Notes: generated by a model from the letters alone, not told the origin. A stretch of 64,000 nucleotides of DNA from Veleropilina oligotropha (GCA_048128005.1 JBEUKZ010000122.1:124001-188000); one strand, 5' to 3'; counted from the stretch's first letter, positions 13,388 to 27,450 are shown. A program made the numbers and translations.

Positions 13388-15491
13388 CTGTATTTGTCCG
13401 TGCATTGGTCGACCTCGTGGATTAGTCGATCCCCCAACTTTCGACTTTGGAACTACAACTATTTGAATGTCGCGCGGATTAGTCAGGTCCCAACTTTCAG
13501 ATTTCAAACGGTTGAGAAAATATCACCACCTTATTTTCAAGATGTTTCATGTTGACAATATATCCTAATATATATTTACTTTGCGTATATTAATAATACA
13601 GTAAAACTCGCCTATATCGGACACGCCTATATCGGAAAATCGCCCATATCGGATGAGTTGAAAAGACCCGATTTTCCTGTAACGTTATTCCATTAAAATA
13701 ACATCGTCAATAACGGATTTTATATATCGGATAATTGCCTACATCGGATCGAATTTGTTATCCCACCCTAATGCATTTCCATTAAAATAACAATGCGTAT
13801 ATCGGAATAAAATTGTTGTGTTTGCGCTCCCGATATTTCGACATTCCAATAAAAATGGCCGCCATGTTTGGTGTCATATTAAACTGTGGGATTGCCTGTC
13901 CAGAAATAGATCGTTCATGCTATGCGAAAATATCTGATAAACCAATGAAACGCCTCGAAACATCGCTAATCACTGGTATGATGCGCGACAAACGTCTACC
14001 AAAGCGTTTATTTGAATGGTCAAATAGATCACGTGAGGCTAACGCCGTCGTTTCATTGGCAGTAGCTATATATGAAATGGTCATAGGAGACAACTTTTCA
14101 TGAAACCATGCAGTCAGTCACGTGTTGACATAAACCGAAGGCGTACAGGATTTTCCGATGACACAAAATGACACTGTTAATGGGCGACTTAATGGATTAA
14201 ATGATACTTTATAAATAAACAGATAAGTATTATTCTAAATTCAATTACAGTATTATAATATATGGTTATTTCATACTTAAAAATGGTTCACAATCACAGA
14301 ATGTATACTTTGAATTTGGAAATAATGCATCGCAAAACACTGCTACGCAATTTTCAATTGTATCGCTAATGGCGATTAATGCATCGCTTTTTGCGATGCG
14401 ATACCGGGTAAATCGGACCCAGATTTACATATCGGATACTGTGTATATCGGATAAAAATTGCTGGTACAATTGAATCCGATATAGGCGAGTTTTACTGTA
14501 GTGTGATTTTAAATCCAACGTACATTTTAACTGTGGGTAATTATTAAAAGCACGGAACAATAAATGAATAGGCCTACATCGTTAATGTCACAAGTTGTAA
14601 ATTCATCTAAATTCTTTGAACAAAGTAGCCTACATGTACCTGATATGTTGCATTATTCAATGTAGAGCCAGCCCTGTGTCAATTATGTTCTTTTGTTTGA
14701 GGTGTTTATAGCATAGCGTAAACATTTCAGAAGGTGTGAACTGATCAAGATTAAACGCTTTTGTGTAGCAGAAGGCATGTCCACACATAAACATTTCTCA
14801 TTGGATAACGCTCAACTCAGAGAGCCCAAAATAACTTTGGAGGCTAGCAATGGGATTATCAAGTTCGCGTCAATATCTAAGCATTGCTACCTTTATATAA
14901 TTACTAACAGTGACCCATTGTGTCCTCCTGACATCCAGATCTCGTTTGGTTAATCTGGAAATGCATTTATGCATAGAAATTGACTTCAATAAAGGTTTAT
15001 GTGATTGACCGATATCACAATTGATTCAATGTTTGTATTTCACCATACTATCGTTAAAAGTTGACATGATTGGTTAAAATAACAGAAGCAGCTTCCCATC
15101 GACAAATGCTGACGTGTCCATTAGAATAACATTGGGTGCCATGTTTTATTGTGCCCGACTTGAAAAAACGCATATTGATTCTTGTTGGAAGTCAATTGTT
15201 TATGGATAATAAATTTGTTTTGCAAAGATATTATGGTAAGATAAAACTTCATAAATTTAAAATCTTATTAAATAACGGAGTTTTCTAACGGCTAACATGA
15301 TAATGTAAATACTAAAAACAAGTACGGAAGTAGTCCAGTAAATTTGCGGACAGAGTAAATTTTCGTAGATTTATCCAACAATCGACTCCAAAATGGTATA
15401 TGTCGGCCGTATTAATCGACCCCCTAACTTCACGACCCTATAACATTGGAAATTTCCTCGACTACATGGACTAATACGAGGACAAATACGG
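13388..15491. mobile_element. Pogo/Tigger-like non-autonomous element (TA-flanked) containing a nested MITE
   Basis: ta|ctgtatttgtcc ... ggacaaatacgg|ta imperfect TIRs. Confidence 0.7.
13599..14498. mobile_element. Tigger/pogo-like MITE nested in the previous element
   Basis: Perfect TIR cagtaaaactcgcctatatcgga / tccgatataggcgagttttactg; TA TSD; subterminal tatatcgga repeats. Confidence 0.88.
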
Positions 15492-15917
15492 TATGTAAGC
15501 AATAATATATTCAGATCATTTCACTTGTGACATGTTTACATAACACTAACTTTTTTAAGACAACTATTTAAAGCAAACTACCTTAATATGACTTATTTGT
15601 CATCAAAGTACCTACATTGTGCTTGTTCAAAATAAAATAATGCCCCTCAATTATCTTGCTGGACAGTGTTGTTTCAGCATTGTGGATTGGACTTCCAACT
15701 GACATTGGGAATTTACCAGTCATGTTCGTCCTTGAGGAGAGTGAGTGTATCCAGAAATTCACGCTTTCTTCCCTCCATATACTAATCTGACCCAAATGCA
15801 ATAAAATAAAGTATCAGATCTATAGAAACCTGTAGATACAACTGTCAATGTGGTATGAGCCACCTTGATATTTTCCTAGTTAGTGTATGTGTCTTATGCT
15901 AATTCTATTTGTTTCAG

Positions 15918-15998
15918 AAATGCATTGATATTCTCATAGAGAAGGAATACCTGGAGCGTGTGGATGGACAGAAGGACTCGTACAGTTACCTTGCATGA
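15918..15998 (+). CDS. CUL1: Cullin-1 last coding exon ([26 protein letters not shown])
   Basis: gtttcag| acceptor; TGA at 15996-15998; matches the CUL1 C-terminus [32 protein letters not shown] near 16144 is a possible polyA signal. Confidence 0.97.
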   Translation, partial: KCIDILIEKEYLERVDGQKDSYSYLA

Positions 15999-16599
15999 TG
16001 GGAAGACTCGTACAGTATATACAGCATGATGGCATTGGTCGGGCGCTTATTTATTTCAAAATATTTCCTCAAATCTTTCCCTGTAATCGATGTCACACCA
16101 CTGTTGAATCAGCCATACTGTTGAAGATTGTGATCAATTTGTAAATAAACATGATTTTTTTAAGTATTTGAACAAGTGCAAGCATGTATGCTGGTATTTT
16201 GATATCTGACTATTCCTGAACACAAAATGGCTTCGCTCGAGTCATTCATGTATACATGTAGTGACTTTTGTATAACTTTATATCCTCTTACATTAATTCT
16301 GACAAGCCAATTGCAGTTGGAACTAATATACAAAGGCATGTAACCATTTATGCATGATTAAAAAGTCTCTTTACGTGTGAAACCGTATGATGGATCCTGA
16401 AATCGATTACCTGGTTTATAATAATTCATTGTTATTCAATTATTTACAGTAAAAAGACTCAATCAAAACATGATTGGTTGATCTGATGCTCAAGTGACTG
16501 GATGGGATATACTTAAATTAGGATATCACTGGTGGATCAATTCGACAGAAAAATTATTAGGAGTGTTAGTAAAACTATTGTATTAAGTTTTTCCTTATA

Positions 16600-16845
16600 C
16601 AGGGTGTTTCAAAAGTATATGTCACACACATTCTAAGTACTCATATCTCTGGAACTACAAATGGTAGCAGAATGAAACTGGTACCATTTTAAAGCTGAAG
16701 GCATGAAGACTCGAATAACTGAAGCCTTGGCTACTGTCGACCACGATAAGCTTGTGCGCGTTTGGCAAGTAGTAGTGTTTTATATCTTCAGTAATTATAG
16801 ATATATGAAGAGTCCATATGTGACATATACTTTTGAAACACCCTG
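16600..16845 (+). mobile_element. Mariner-derived MITE downstream of the CUL1 stop codon
   Basis: TIR cagggtgtttcaaaagtatatgtcaca / tgtgacatatacttttgaaacaccctg; TA flanks; remnant peptide KTRITEALATVDHDKLVRVWQ resembles a mariner transposase C-terminus. Confidence 0.85.
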
Positions 16846-17964
16846 TATATTAGGCATCGTCAAGCATATTTGTGATGCAAGTTCATGCATATTATTGAAC
16901 TTAATTGTTATTGGCCATCTTTATTTCTGTGATTATTTTGATCAGGCCACACTTGTTACGCTGGCGTACGCACGCTGCTGGAGTTGTCACACATCATCTC
17001 AATCTTGACATTTTCTTGGTGAATTATTTGACATACTGGCATTTTATGCAGTACGTGGGATGTTACCAAGCACTCTCCAAATTTGAAAATTCAGGAGGGC
17101 GGTGATATTCCATTTATAATGTCAAAGGAGCATAACAAATTTGTTGAAGTTCAAATAGATTCTATTTTCCAAACTAGAGTCAGACATGACTTGTGGAGGC
17201 CTTAGATAATTTCATCGGACGACATGCAGCCTAGATTAGAGTTGCTGAGTTTTCTCCCTACACTGAAAACTATATTTCTTCTTGTAGCTTCATTTCGGTT
17301 CTTTTGAACAGTGTATGTTTAATTACATAATATCCACTGAAACAAATGTTATTCGCCTTCTTGATTATTAACAAAAATTGATTTCTGATATATCGTGGCA
17401 AGCTGACTATGACCCGGCAAGTTCATGTGAGTAACTGTTGCTACCCGCGAAATCATGAGACATAGCATTCAACTCCCGGCAAAAGAACAAAGAATATTAT
17501 GCATTTGACATTCAATTTCAAATTATTTAATGTGATTTGTTTAAATAATTTTTATATCGAAGGGTAATAATATACTTTACACCTTAATGTATATCTGGCA
17601 CCACTAACCAATGCTGCAGTGTTAAGCGAAGCCATAACAAAGCTCTATATCTTAGTTATAACATTGTAGTGCAATATAACAAACCCAGATCCCAAATACA
17701 TGTATATCATTCCCAGAATGTGATTCTGGCTAAAGCTTTTACTGTCCATGATTTATATTGTCCACAGATTGTATTGGTTTGAAGAGATTGAATTGTATGT
17801 AGCGATAAATTAAAATACAAAAACATGTTATTGTATAAATTTTCACTGTAGAACATGTGTAAATATTTTGCAAAAATATGTTTATTAAAGAAGGTACCTG
17901 TCAGATGATGTTGTTCGTCTCAAGATGTTTGTAGCTGAATTAAATGTATTTTTGCATTCATGAC

Positions 17965-18550
17965 AATTTGGGCCACTCCCACAGTCGTGTGGTTTCGATT
18001 GTGGACTCCAAAAAATCACTGGCTTGATTCCGCTGACGAACAGCAGTGGGTTTGAACCTCGGTTGGTACACGACATTATTTGTTGAAGTTATGAGTAACA
18101 GCTGTAAATGGTCAGAGAGGACAGGTTTCCAAGGGCGACCCTTCTGCTTTAAATCTAATGATGGTTGGAAATATACAGGATATAAGCATCGATCCTTTCT
18201 TTTCCTTTTTATGCCCCCACCAATTTATTGGGGGGGGGGGGCATTTAGACATCCATCCCGTCCCCAAAACTAGTATTTGCATGGAAGTAACCCCATTCTG
18301 CTATAGGCCGCTTCGACAGCTGTGTGGTATCGGTTGTGGACTGGCTTGTTTCCGCTGACGCGAACAGTAGTGGGTTCAAACCTCGGCTGAGGCAGCACAC
18401 ATTTGTTCACATTATGAAGCACAGTTGGCCGTAACTGGTCGGAGAGGGCGGTTTTCCCGAGCTTTCCTCCCGCGATAACATGGACATGTCCTGCTTTGAA
18501 CCAAATGATGGTTGGAAATATACAGGACATTAAGATCCTTTCCTTTTCAT
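17965..18550 (+). mobile_element. Two tandem copies of a tRNA-derived SINE (other copies at ~24352-24600 + and ~47430-47680 -)
   Basis: Shared tggcttg..ttccgctga..gaacag..gtgggtt.aa.cct.ggctgaggca head and ...gatg.ttg.aaatatacaggacattaa tail. Confidence 0.7.
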
Positions 18551-18552
18551 TC

Positions 18553-20685
18553 TGCTATATAAACAGTATACCGAGTTGTCGAGTTTGGCTGGGTTTGGGT
18601 TTCACTCTACGTGATAATGGCAAAGACAAGTGGTTAGGTCTATAGGCATTTAATAAGCTACCACGTGATACATACTGAGCTAGCTCAAGCATTCTGCTAG
18701 CTGCGTTAGTCCGTACATGATTGATACACTATTACAACAGCTCCCCTTTTTGTAAAGTTGTTTTACATTTAGCTAGCGTAGATCTAGGGGTATATAAATG
18801 CTTCGATATAAACGTTAAGGCAAGTACTGTATATGTATATTGCGTATATAACCATTATATCGGTTTTAACGAATCTAGATTGTCTCTGCCAATTATTAAA
18901 AGTAAGATTGAACTTAGTTACTTCATTGAATGTCTGATAATGCACTCAGTTATTGTGCCAGTATTAAAAATAATCAAATAAAATGTTTACAAGTCCTATA
19001 TTTTTGGCGGAACGGACACCCTTCCGGATCTGATCACAATGATATTGTGATCCGCGTGCGAGGGATGCAGATTTGGTGACGTATTGATCTCGGTATGTTC
19101 GGGGATTGACGACGGCCGGGGTCTCTATGAACGCATGAGGTGTTTTCGATTTCGTCGAACTGTTCCTCTTTCACCCTCGACGTGATATGAGCGAGGTGTC
19201 AATGATTTATCGAGGATTATGCGGCTGGAAATTCGATCTCTGCTCCCAAAAGTTAATGGGTCGTTAATCCATACTCTATCTCCGACATTGAGATCTGGCA
19301 GAGCCTGTGCTTTGTGGGCGCGATTGTAGTTGCTACTCTGTTTCGCTCGGGCATTGGTCTCACGATTTTGCAGTTTGGTCTGTTTGGGCAATCGTGGTTG
19401 GAGTAGGGTGGGTACGACTGGTACCGTTGTGCGTAACTTTCGACATCAATAGTTCAGCCGGACTAGAGCCATTTAGTAATGGCGTCGAACGATAGGTTAG
19501 TAATGCGAGGTAAGGGTCGTCTGCCTTTAGAAGATTCTTTACCGCCTGAACTCCTCTCTCAGCTTCTCCATTACTTTGTGGACATCGAGGACTGCTCATA
19601 ATGTGCATAAATCCATATTCTTTTGCAAAGTTCGAGAATTATTCCGAGTTAAATGGTACGTTGTCGCTTCTCACTAGTTCTGGAATCCCATGCCGTGCGA
19701 AAATTGATTTGAAATGTTCAATGATGCATGTTGCAGACTGATTCGACAACTTAGCTATTTCGATGCATCTTGAGAAATAGTCGATCACGAGTATATAGGT
19801 CTTTGATTTGAATTAGAATAAATCCGTTGTGACGTTTTGCCATGGTCGAGATGGTAAAGCGTTTGCGATTAATGGTTCTGGCGGATTAATTCTCACACGG
19901 CTGCATTCCATGTTTCTAGTTCTTTACTAAGACCGGGCCACCACACTGACTTTTGAGCCCTGCGTCTCGTTTTCGATATGCCTTTGTGTCCAGCATGCAA
20001 TTTCGTAAGAATATCGCTGTGCATCGATTTTGGGATCACCAGACGATTTCCTTTAATGAGGAGACCTCTTTGGACGACAAGTTCCCCAGACACTTGTAAG
20101 TAGGAACTTAAATCACTTCGAATCGCATGTTTTTCGGGCCAACCTTCACGACAGTACTACTTCAGAACACACCATGTCCTTTCCTTGTTCATTTAGAAGC
20201 TCAAGAAGGCGAGTTTCCGTTATGGGAAATGTATCTACGACCCAGTTGACAAACAGTTCAGCTTCTTCACTCAGACCTCTGTCGTGATCCGTTGGTGCCA
20301 TTTTTAGTGGCGCTCGTGATATTTTCCCGTAACGTGACAAGCCGTAAATGAGAACCTCATCAGACGGATACAAAATCTCTGTAATCGTGCTGTTAGTTTA
20401 TCGAGCTCCTTTGTATTGAGCAAAGGTACAAGGGGTTTGTGGTCAATTTCAAAAGTATTTTCCAGTGACGTATTGGCTGAAGCGTCCACATGCCCAGGTG
20501 ATCGCAAGGGCTTCTTTTTCGATTTGCGCATACTTCATCTCCGTTTCTGTCATAGAACGAGAAGAAAATGCAATTGGTACGTATTGTCCATTTTCTTTCT
20601 TCTGTGTGATGACTGCTCCATAGATGGTGGGAGAATCGATGATAACACCACTGGATGAGACAACAAAGCATAGTGGCTAACCTTA
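18553..20685 (-). mobile_element. 5'-truncated, decayed Gypsy/Ty3 LTR retrotransposon (RNase H, integrase, PPT, 3' LTR)
   Basis: Frameshifted remnants IDHKPLVPLL, LHAGHKGISKT...VWWPGL, SSPRCPQSNGEAERGVQ, YRSTPL..G.SPAELL, RRNRKHL; PPT aaaagggggagc just before a TG...CA LTR at 18739-18553. Confidence 0.88.
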
Positions 20686-20959
20686 TTTACGAGGTTATTA
20701 TAGCGAGGGTGCTGGGCACACAACTTCCAAGTATATCTATCACTAACCGACAAATATAATCCGTTCGCTTATTGTTGTACAACCCAGGACAAAATGCCCA
20801 TGGAACAGCAGTGCAACACTATATATATCTACCACATTACAAGCGATGCATATGGCAAAACAAAATGCCCCCTAAAGCAACGGTTGAAGGAACATGGAAC
20901 CATCGACAGGCCCACATGTTTTGGAAACCATTCTCGTGACACAGGCCACTAGGTATACT

Positions 20960-21140
20960 CCAGAGCTCAGCCGTAAAGTCAAAGAAACCCACCATGAACT
21001 GAGACCTCGGCTACCACTTCCCGCCGTCTACGCATTCATTCTCCTGTCACCTAGCGAGCTGCGTCACAGACTCATCATTATATATATGTAGACCAAAATG
21101 TCATAATCGTTTCAACATAGGTTCCAAAGTAAATACATTT
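20960..21140 (+). repeat. Dispersed repeat, probably a Penelope pseudo-LTR remnant (second copy ~28920-29150)
   Basis: Both copies share agaaacccaccatgaac.g.gacct.ggctacc...gacc.aaatgtc.taat; the second copy retains a hammerhead-like scaffold. Confidence 0.55.
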
Positions 21141-21574
21141 ATTTAAAGACGATTCCGTAATTTTCAATAAAAAGAAAAAATAATCTAGGTATTCATTTGA
21201 TGATTCAGAAGTTAAAATGCAGCATAAAGTATTCAAATTATTAGGGAATTGCTTCAGTCGTAAGCATAAATTTTTTGACGTGAACGACTGCATTGGAAGC
21301 TTGAAGTTTCACCCCAATGCATATTCACACCACATGGAAGGTTAATGCAAGTAGAGCTTAAGTGCAAAACATTGTTTTATTGGATAAAATTATAATTATG
21401 TTACATTACATGACTTGCGAAAATACCGATTCCTAGTACATTATTATTGGTACAAATTTATTCAGGCAAAACCCAAAGAAACCGGCGGGGAAAATCTCCG
21501 TTATTAAAAGCGTGCGATATTCTTTTTTTATTAAATATCGATATTTTAAACGTTATTACCACATCTTCAATTTT

Positions 21575-22745
21575 ATTGGCTAGCATGCAATGCAAATGCG
21601 AGTCTATGGCCGTCCGACCGGCGTCAACAATTGGTTCTCCTGTTAAAGTTTCTCAATCATGCAATATAAGCAACAATATGCATGTTTTAACATTTCTATA
21701 TCCTAGATATAATTATTTCATCATTACCTCACACTAAATAAATAATATTGAAGGTAATTTCCTTCTAATTTCACCATAAAATGCTGCTTTTGGACTTAGT
21801 TTTGGTTAGAGATTCTTAACCATGCTATATAAACAATATGCATGTTTTAGCATTACTATATGTTGGATATCACTATTTCATTATTATCAGACTACTGTAT
21901 AAATAATATTGAAGATAATTGTGCCTTCACAAACGAATTTTAGGGGGGGGGGGGGGGGGTACATATAGGAGTCAGTCTGTCTGTCTGTTGCAAATTCCCT
22001 TCCTCTCCATATCTACGATAATATTTGTCTAGCGACACGAAATTTGATGTGTGGATGCATCATAACCCAAAGGTGTCGCATACCTACTTTTCACGCTTGA
22101 TCGCACTTGGCCCAAATTCCCTTCCGCTCCATATCTTCCATACTATTTGACCGAGGGACACGAAACTCGATGTGTGTATGCATCTTAACCCAAAGGTATG
22201 TCGCGTACCAAAAGTAAGTCACCACGACCTACTTTTCACGCTTACCTGCATTTGGTCCAAACTTCCTTTCCACTCCGTCGTATCTCCCATACTATTTGCC
22301 CGAGGGACACGAAACTTAATGTGTGCATGCTTCATTTCCCAAAGGTGTGTCGGGTACCAAAATTAGGTCACTGCGACAGCTTGTTCCTGGGTCAAGTGCT
22401 TTGTGGGGGCATATGATCACTTCTGTGATAAGTCAGTTTAATTCAAATTTTACCATAAAATGTTTCTCAAGCACACTATATATGCAACAATAGGCCTACT
22501 TTGGCATCTTCCTTTGTCAGATATCACTATTTCATTGTCATCTAACCCTAGATTAGAAATATTGAAAGCAATTTAATTGAAATTCTGCATATAAATAACC
22601 ATTTTGGACTTTTCATATGCTTTATATGTCTATTTCAAATTGACAATGTCATCTACTATTGAATGTAGATACAATACTTATGAAATATAAGTGATTGATG
22701 CGAAGTTTCACGCATGCTAGCCATTTCGAGCTTTGGCGCTTGTTT
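21575..22745. mobile_element. Helentron-type non-autonomous element (same family as ~2195-5290) with a second such element nested at ~21920-22436
   Basis: ggctagcatgcaatgcaaatgcgagtctatg start and catgctagcc...cttgtt end match the element at 2195; the nested part has ~140-bp internal repeats. Confidence 0.6.
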
Positions 22746-22961
22746 CTGGATGTGATCATCTGTAAACCAGCATAACTTGATGCAAAGAATACATACAAGT
22801 GTCAGATTAAATGGTGTTAAATTTCATTTACGGGACTGATTCGGGGGTCAGCATATTTACTATCCATGGTCCCATATCAATCATCTGCAGGGTAATGATT
22901 CTTTCATGTATTGGTAACCCGGTGAATATCATATAGCCACAGAACATATGAATATCATATA

Positions 22962-23448
22962 CAGGGTTAGCCCTGTCTTCGGAATCAAATTCGCCAATTT
23001 ATTCGTCAAATTCAATTTTTATTCGCCAATTGATATTCTTATTTTCGCCAAGTGTATTGTTGTCCATATTTGCAGTATTTTCAATTGAATTTGAGGATCA
23101 TTGAGTACGAGGATCATTTGTCAAAGATTGTTGTAACTTTTAAAATCACCTTTTATGATAGGAAAGTTTTGCAATATTACACATTGTCAATCTACCACCA
23201 ATGTCTTGGTTGAGAAATCGGCGTTTCTTCATGGTTGACCACTTCTAAAAATAATAGGGTCATCATTTAATGAAATTTTCATCAGGTGTTCTAATGTTTT
23301 TATGTTCACTCTATTTCTTCCATTCATTTTGATAACGTTTTATTTAGAAAAACTAATAAATAATAAATTCGCCAACCAGATATTTTATTCGCCAAAGTTA
23401 AGCTAAATTCGCCATTGGCGAATTTGGCCCATGGCAGAGCTAACCCTG
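22962..23448. mobile_element. hAT-like MITE with 5-bp TSD (ATATA)
   Basis: TIR cagggttagccctg / cagagctaaccctg; internal attcgcca repeats; inserted in a 26-bp tandem duplication. Confidence 0.8.
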
Positions 23449-23784
23449 ATATAGCCACAGAACATATGAAAACTTTGCCACAGATAAAACCATTAACTTA
23501 AAGATACACTACATTGCCGTAGCTAATGAGAACAGAGAATGTTTATGTCACATGGTGTATTCTGTAAATATAAGATAATAGGTCGCATGACAGTAGGAAC
23601 AACAGAAAGCATATTAAATAAACATGCGATGCCAGAGAACATTGCAAATCCTTTGATATTTGACATATAATGTCTCATATCATTAAACGGATATTTTGTA
23701 AAATTAGCATAAAAAGAAGACCACATGTATTTGAATAAAGGTTATCAACAATTTCACTACACTCACAGTACCTACATGTACATA

Positions 23785-24212
23785 CACTATTATCTTGCCT
23801 TCGACGTTAATCCGCCGTTCTGATTGGATGACGTTAGTTACGTAAATACCCTTATACCCCACCCCTCCTGTTTGACGTCATTTTCAAACAGTAGTACAAA
23901 TAACTTATTACCCTTCTCCATGGAGATCGAAGAGGCTCGGCTCATTCCGTAAACTCAAATAACGTTGTCAGCTTAACCATATAGGTAAATGGTTGCGCTC
24001 GTAAAATGTGACAAACAACAATGTTAGGTAAATTAATAGATAGGAATAATATAATTCAAATTAAAAGCAAGATAAATTCGTTGTCGAATCTTCGTCTTGG
24101 TAGTATACGGTACGTTGTACACCTATTGATGTTGAACCCCTTGGGGTTTAACGTAAAACGGTGTACAACGTACCATATACTACTGCGACAACTTATATTA
24201 CTTTTAAGATTA
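23785..24212. mobile_element. Crypton-like non-autonomous element (short IR pair plus long terminal hairpin)
   Basis: ttatcttgc/gcaagataa IR; hairpin gtagtatacggtacgttgtacacc...ggtgtacaacgtaccatatactac at ~24100-24184; same layout as the Crypton at 59259. Confidence 0.45.
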
Positions 24213-26633
24213 TAGATAAAAGAATAATAAAAAGTTTGTGACTAATTTCTTTTTAAGAATTTTCCAGCATTATTATAATAAAAGAAGATTTTTTACATAG
24301 CTTCTGTACATTTTATGATATCTTTCATCAAAAAAATATTATTTTTTAGTACTTCGGCAGCGCAGTGGGTAAGAGTGTCCACTCTAAATTCACTGGCTTG
24401 ATTCTGCTAATGCGAACAGTGGTGGGTTCAATACCTGGCTGAGGCATTGACATTTGTTCAAGTTATGAATCACAGTTGTCCGCGACTGGCCGAAGAGGGC
24501 GGGTTTACCCGGGCGACCGGGGTTTCCTCCCGCGATAACACGGACATGTCCTGCCTTGAACCTCGATGTTGTAAATATACAGGACATTAAGCATCATTCC
24601 TCCCTCCCTCCCACATGTTCAAACGTATAGCATATAGCAGACAGAAGGGACTTGATTAAATCAAGGACAGATACTGTCAGTGGTCCGTACACACATGACC
24701 GGTTTTGGTAAATATCAATGATGCCGGAATACATCAAGAATATACACGTTATGTTCACCACACATGGTATGAGTACATCATGAATATATAGAATCCGTGT
24801 TCAGCACGCACAGACACACAAACACGAGTATTCAGATCACAAACGTACCCATTGCGCACATAAATAATAAAAACTTCAAACATTTCTTGCATTGAAATGT
24901 CCCCCCCCCCCCCAAATATACATCTTGGAGCAAAACATATATATGACACTGTCAGGTAACATCCAACCACATGATGACAAAGTTACGTAGTGGACGAGTG
25001 TCTTAACATGGGCGATGATCATGCTGATGATTTATGAATTTGCCAACATTTTCTTGTTGAATGGTTACATGTGCTTATGCTGCTAATGTATCAGAGAACA
25101 TGTGGTGTCATAAATAGATCAAATATTAAAAAAGACCGTTATTAACTTTTGGGATGTTTCAAACTATACAGCGTTCTCATCTGGAAATCTTGGCCATCAG
25201 ACTCTGAGGCAATCTCCACGCATACACCGACTGCGGCAAGCTACATTGATCTCTGCCACTGGTGGTGGCACTACTTTAATTTCAATTGAAAATCTGTGTG
25301 ATTTTCATGATGTCAATTGACCCAGTTGTGATTCTGTATATGTGTTCATACGTCGACATGTGCTATTGTTTGTCGCCATCGGTGTCGATTAGCATCAACA
25401 AAATGCATTATATTCGAACTGCTGGCCTTTCTAACGAGTGACTCCCTCCCACACACATTTATTTAGTCGATATTTAACATTTACTTACGGCTAAATTAAA
25501 TATTCCATTTTAATAAGCGGTAGATCACCGCAAAAAAATGAAATAGTCTTTCTTCACGCGTGTCCGCCTCCATCTTGTTTATGAATGTATGATTATTTGC
25601 TCTGGGACATAGTTTCATTTACAAATAAACTGGGTGTTTGGAGTGCATTTGAAGATAATCACTATGTAAACATGTGGTTATCATTCACAAAAATAAAAAA
25701 ATAAAGCCAAATTAAAAAAAAAAATGTCACGTCAAGAACGAGATGAGGCAAATCGCCTCATGGCTGAACCAGCGGTCGCAGAGATTGTATGGACGGACAC
25801 GACAGGGGAAGGGAAGTAACTCTGCTGGAGATTGACTCAGCGGGCCACTAAAGATGTGAAGAAGGACTTGGAGATTGTGTATGCCTTGCTTCTGCGGGAG
25901 ATGATCACGTTTTCAAATGTTCCTTTGATCTCTACAATGAATATATACATGCAATAAATGTATATCAATAAAGAATTCCTCAGCCTTAGAATAAACCGTA
26001 ACATTATTTATTGCTTAGTGATTGTTGAACATTGATAGACATATAAAGTATAAAAAGATTTTCTAAAAATAAAATGAAAATAAAAATGTTACCCTGCAGC
26101 ATCTCGTTTGATACATATGTTTATCCCGTTGACTATGATAATATCACACTCGACTTTGTCTCTTGTGATATTTTCAAAGCTCATAGGATATAAACGTACA
26201 TATTCAGAGGATTCTTTGTGTAAGAAACATTTGGTATATATGTGGTAGCTTATGATGTAATAGACGAGGCCATCCATTGTACACAGAGACTCAATGTGAT
26301 TTATAGATATGTCCTGGGACATATGGAAATACTATATCAATGCACGTAGGTCCTGCTATTCGTCTGCTGTGATGTGAACTTCATTTCATCACATGACCAA
26401 AACTGCCAGATGAGAGGTAGAAACACTTCAAACAATGTACATCCTGAATGTAAATTAAGATCTAGCCATTTCATTATCCCTTTTTGAAAGTTCAACAAAG
26501 TATTATCCATTATGGAATAAGTTTGAAATTAACATTATAGTCCATGAAATGCACATATGAAATGTGTGTTGTTTTCTATAATTTATTATTATTTTGAAAA
26601 AATACATCAACCTCATTATCACTTTATCCAGTT

Positions 26634-26966
26634 TCAAAGTTCTGATTTGAGTTTCGTTTTCTTCTTGCTAAACAGTCCAATCGGACAACTGACCCCTGTG
26701 CCCCCCAGGCCACAGTAGCCGCCTGGATTTTTGTGTAGGTATTGTTGGTGATATTCCTCGGCGTAATAAAATGCTGTGGCCTCTATGATCTCCGTGGTGA
26801 TGGCCCCATAACCTTTCTCTTTTAGCTGTTCCTTGTAGCAGTCTCGTGAACTCTCAGCCTCGGTCTTCTGTTCCTCGTTGTAATAGTAGATCCCGGATCG
26901 ATATTGCGATCCTGTATCGTTCCCTTGTCCCATACCCTCGGTTGGATCATGGCTCTCCCAGAAAAC
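26634..26966 (-). CDS. MSRA: MsrA last exon (VFWESHDPT...[11 protein letters not shown]...[11 protein letters not shown]...[28 protein letters not shown])
   Basis: tttcag| acceptor; 333 nt including stop; resolving-Cys motif [13 protein letters not shown]; minus-strand AATAAA at 26587-26582. Confidence 0.97.
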   Translation of the reverse strand, partial: VFWESHDPTEGMGQGNDTGSQYRSGIYYYNEEQKTEAESSRDCYKEQLKEKGYGAITTEIIEATAFYYAEEYHQQYLHKNPGGYCGLGGTGVSCPIGLFSKKKTKLKSEL

Positions 26967-27450
26967 CTGAAACAGAGAAAGTGGATTGTTAGACATCAGA
27001 GAGCATTCGTCAGACAGATCACACACAGTCAGCCCTCGAGATAACAGCAACGTCACATTTACATTTACCTGAAGCCTTCGACTAGCCAGTTTGCTAACCC
27101 TCAGGAATAAATTTGGATGAAAGTTAGAAATTTTTGTTATAACCAGGCACTGCGCTGAGATGAAAGGGCAAATGTGAAAAATTAAAAAGTAACGACAGAT
27201 GGAGTGACTTGCACTCGGAAGAACATCAAGCAAAGCTACAATAACCAGCGCAGACAAAATTTTGAGGTCAAAGGTCATTATTTCAGCATCAAAAATCATA
27301 TCCGAATCGCCTTATTGGTTAAAGTGAGTAAATGAAGTTTGCATATATTGTAGATAAATGTTTAGACCTGGATTTTCGGAAAGGTTACTATGTATGGGAT
27401 AAACTACTCGATAGCGTTGAATAGTTCAGAGAATACACGACATGTCGACA

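Noticed and set aside
26967..27299. Hydrophobic N-terminal half of ORF 26634-27299 as an MsrA signal or membrane anchor
   Set aside because: It is intron read-through; a tttcag acceptor at 26967-26968 joins in frame to the true upstream exon.
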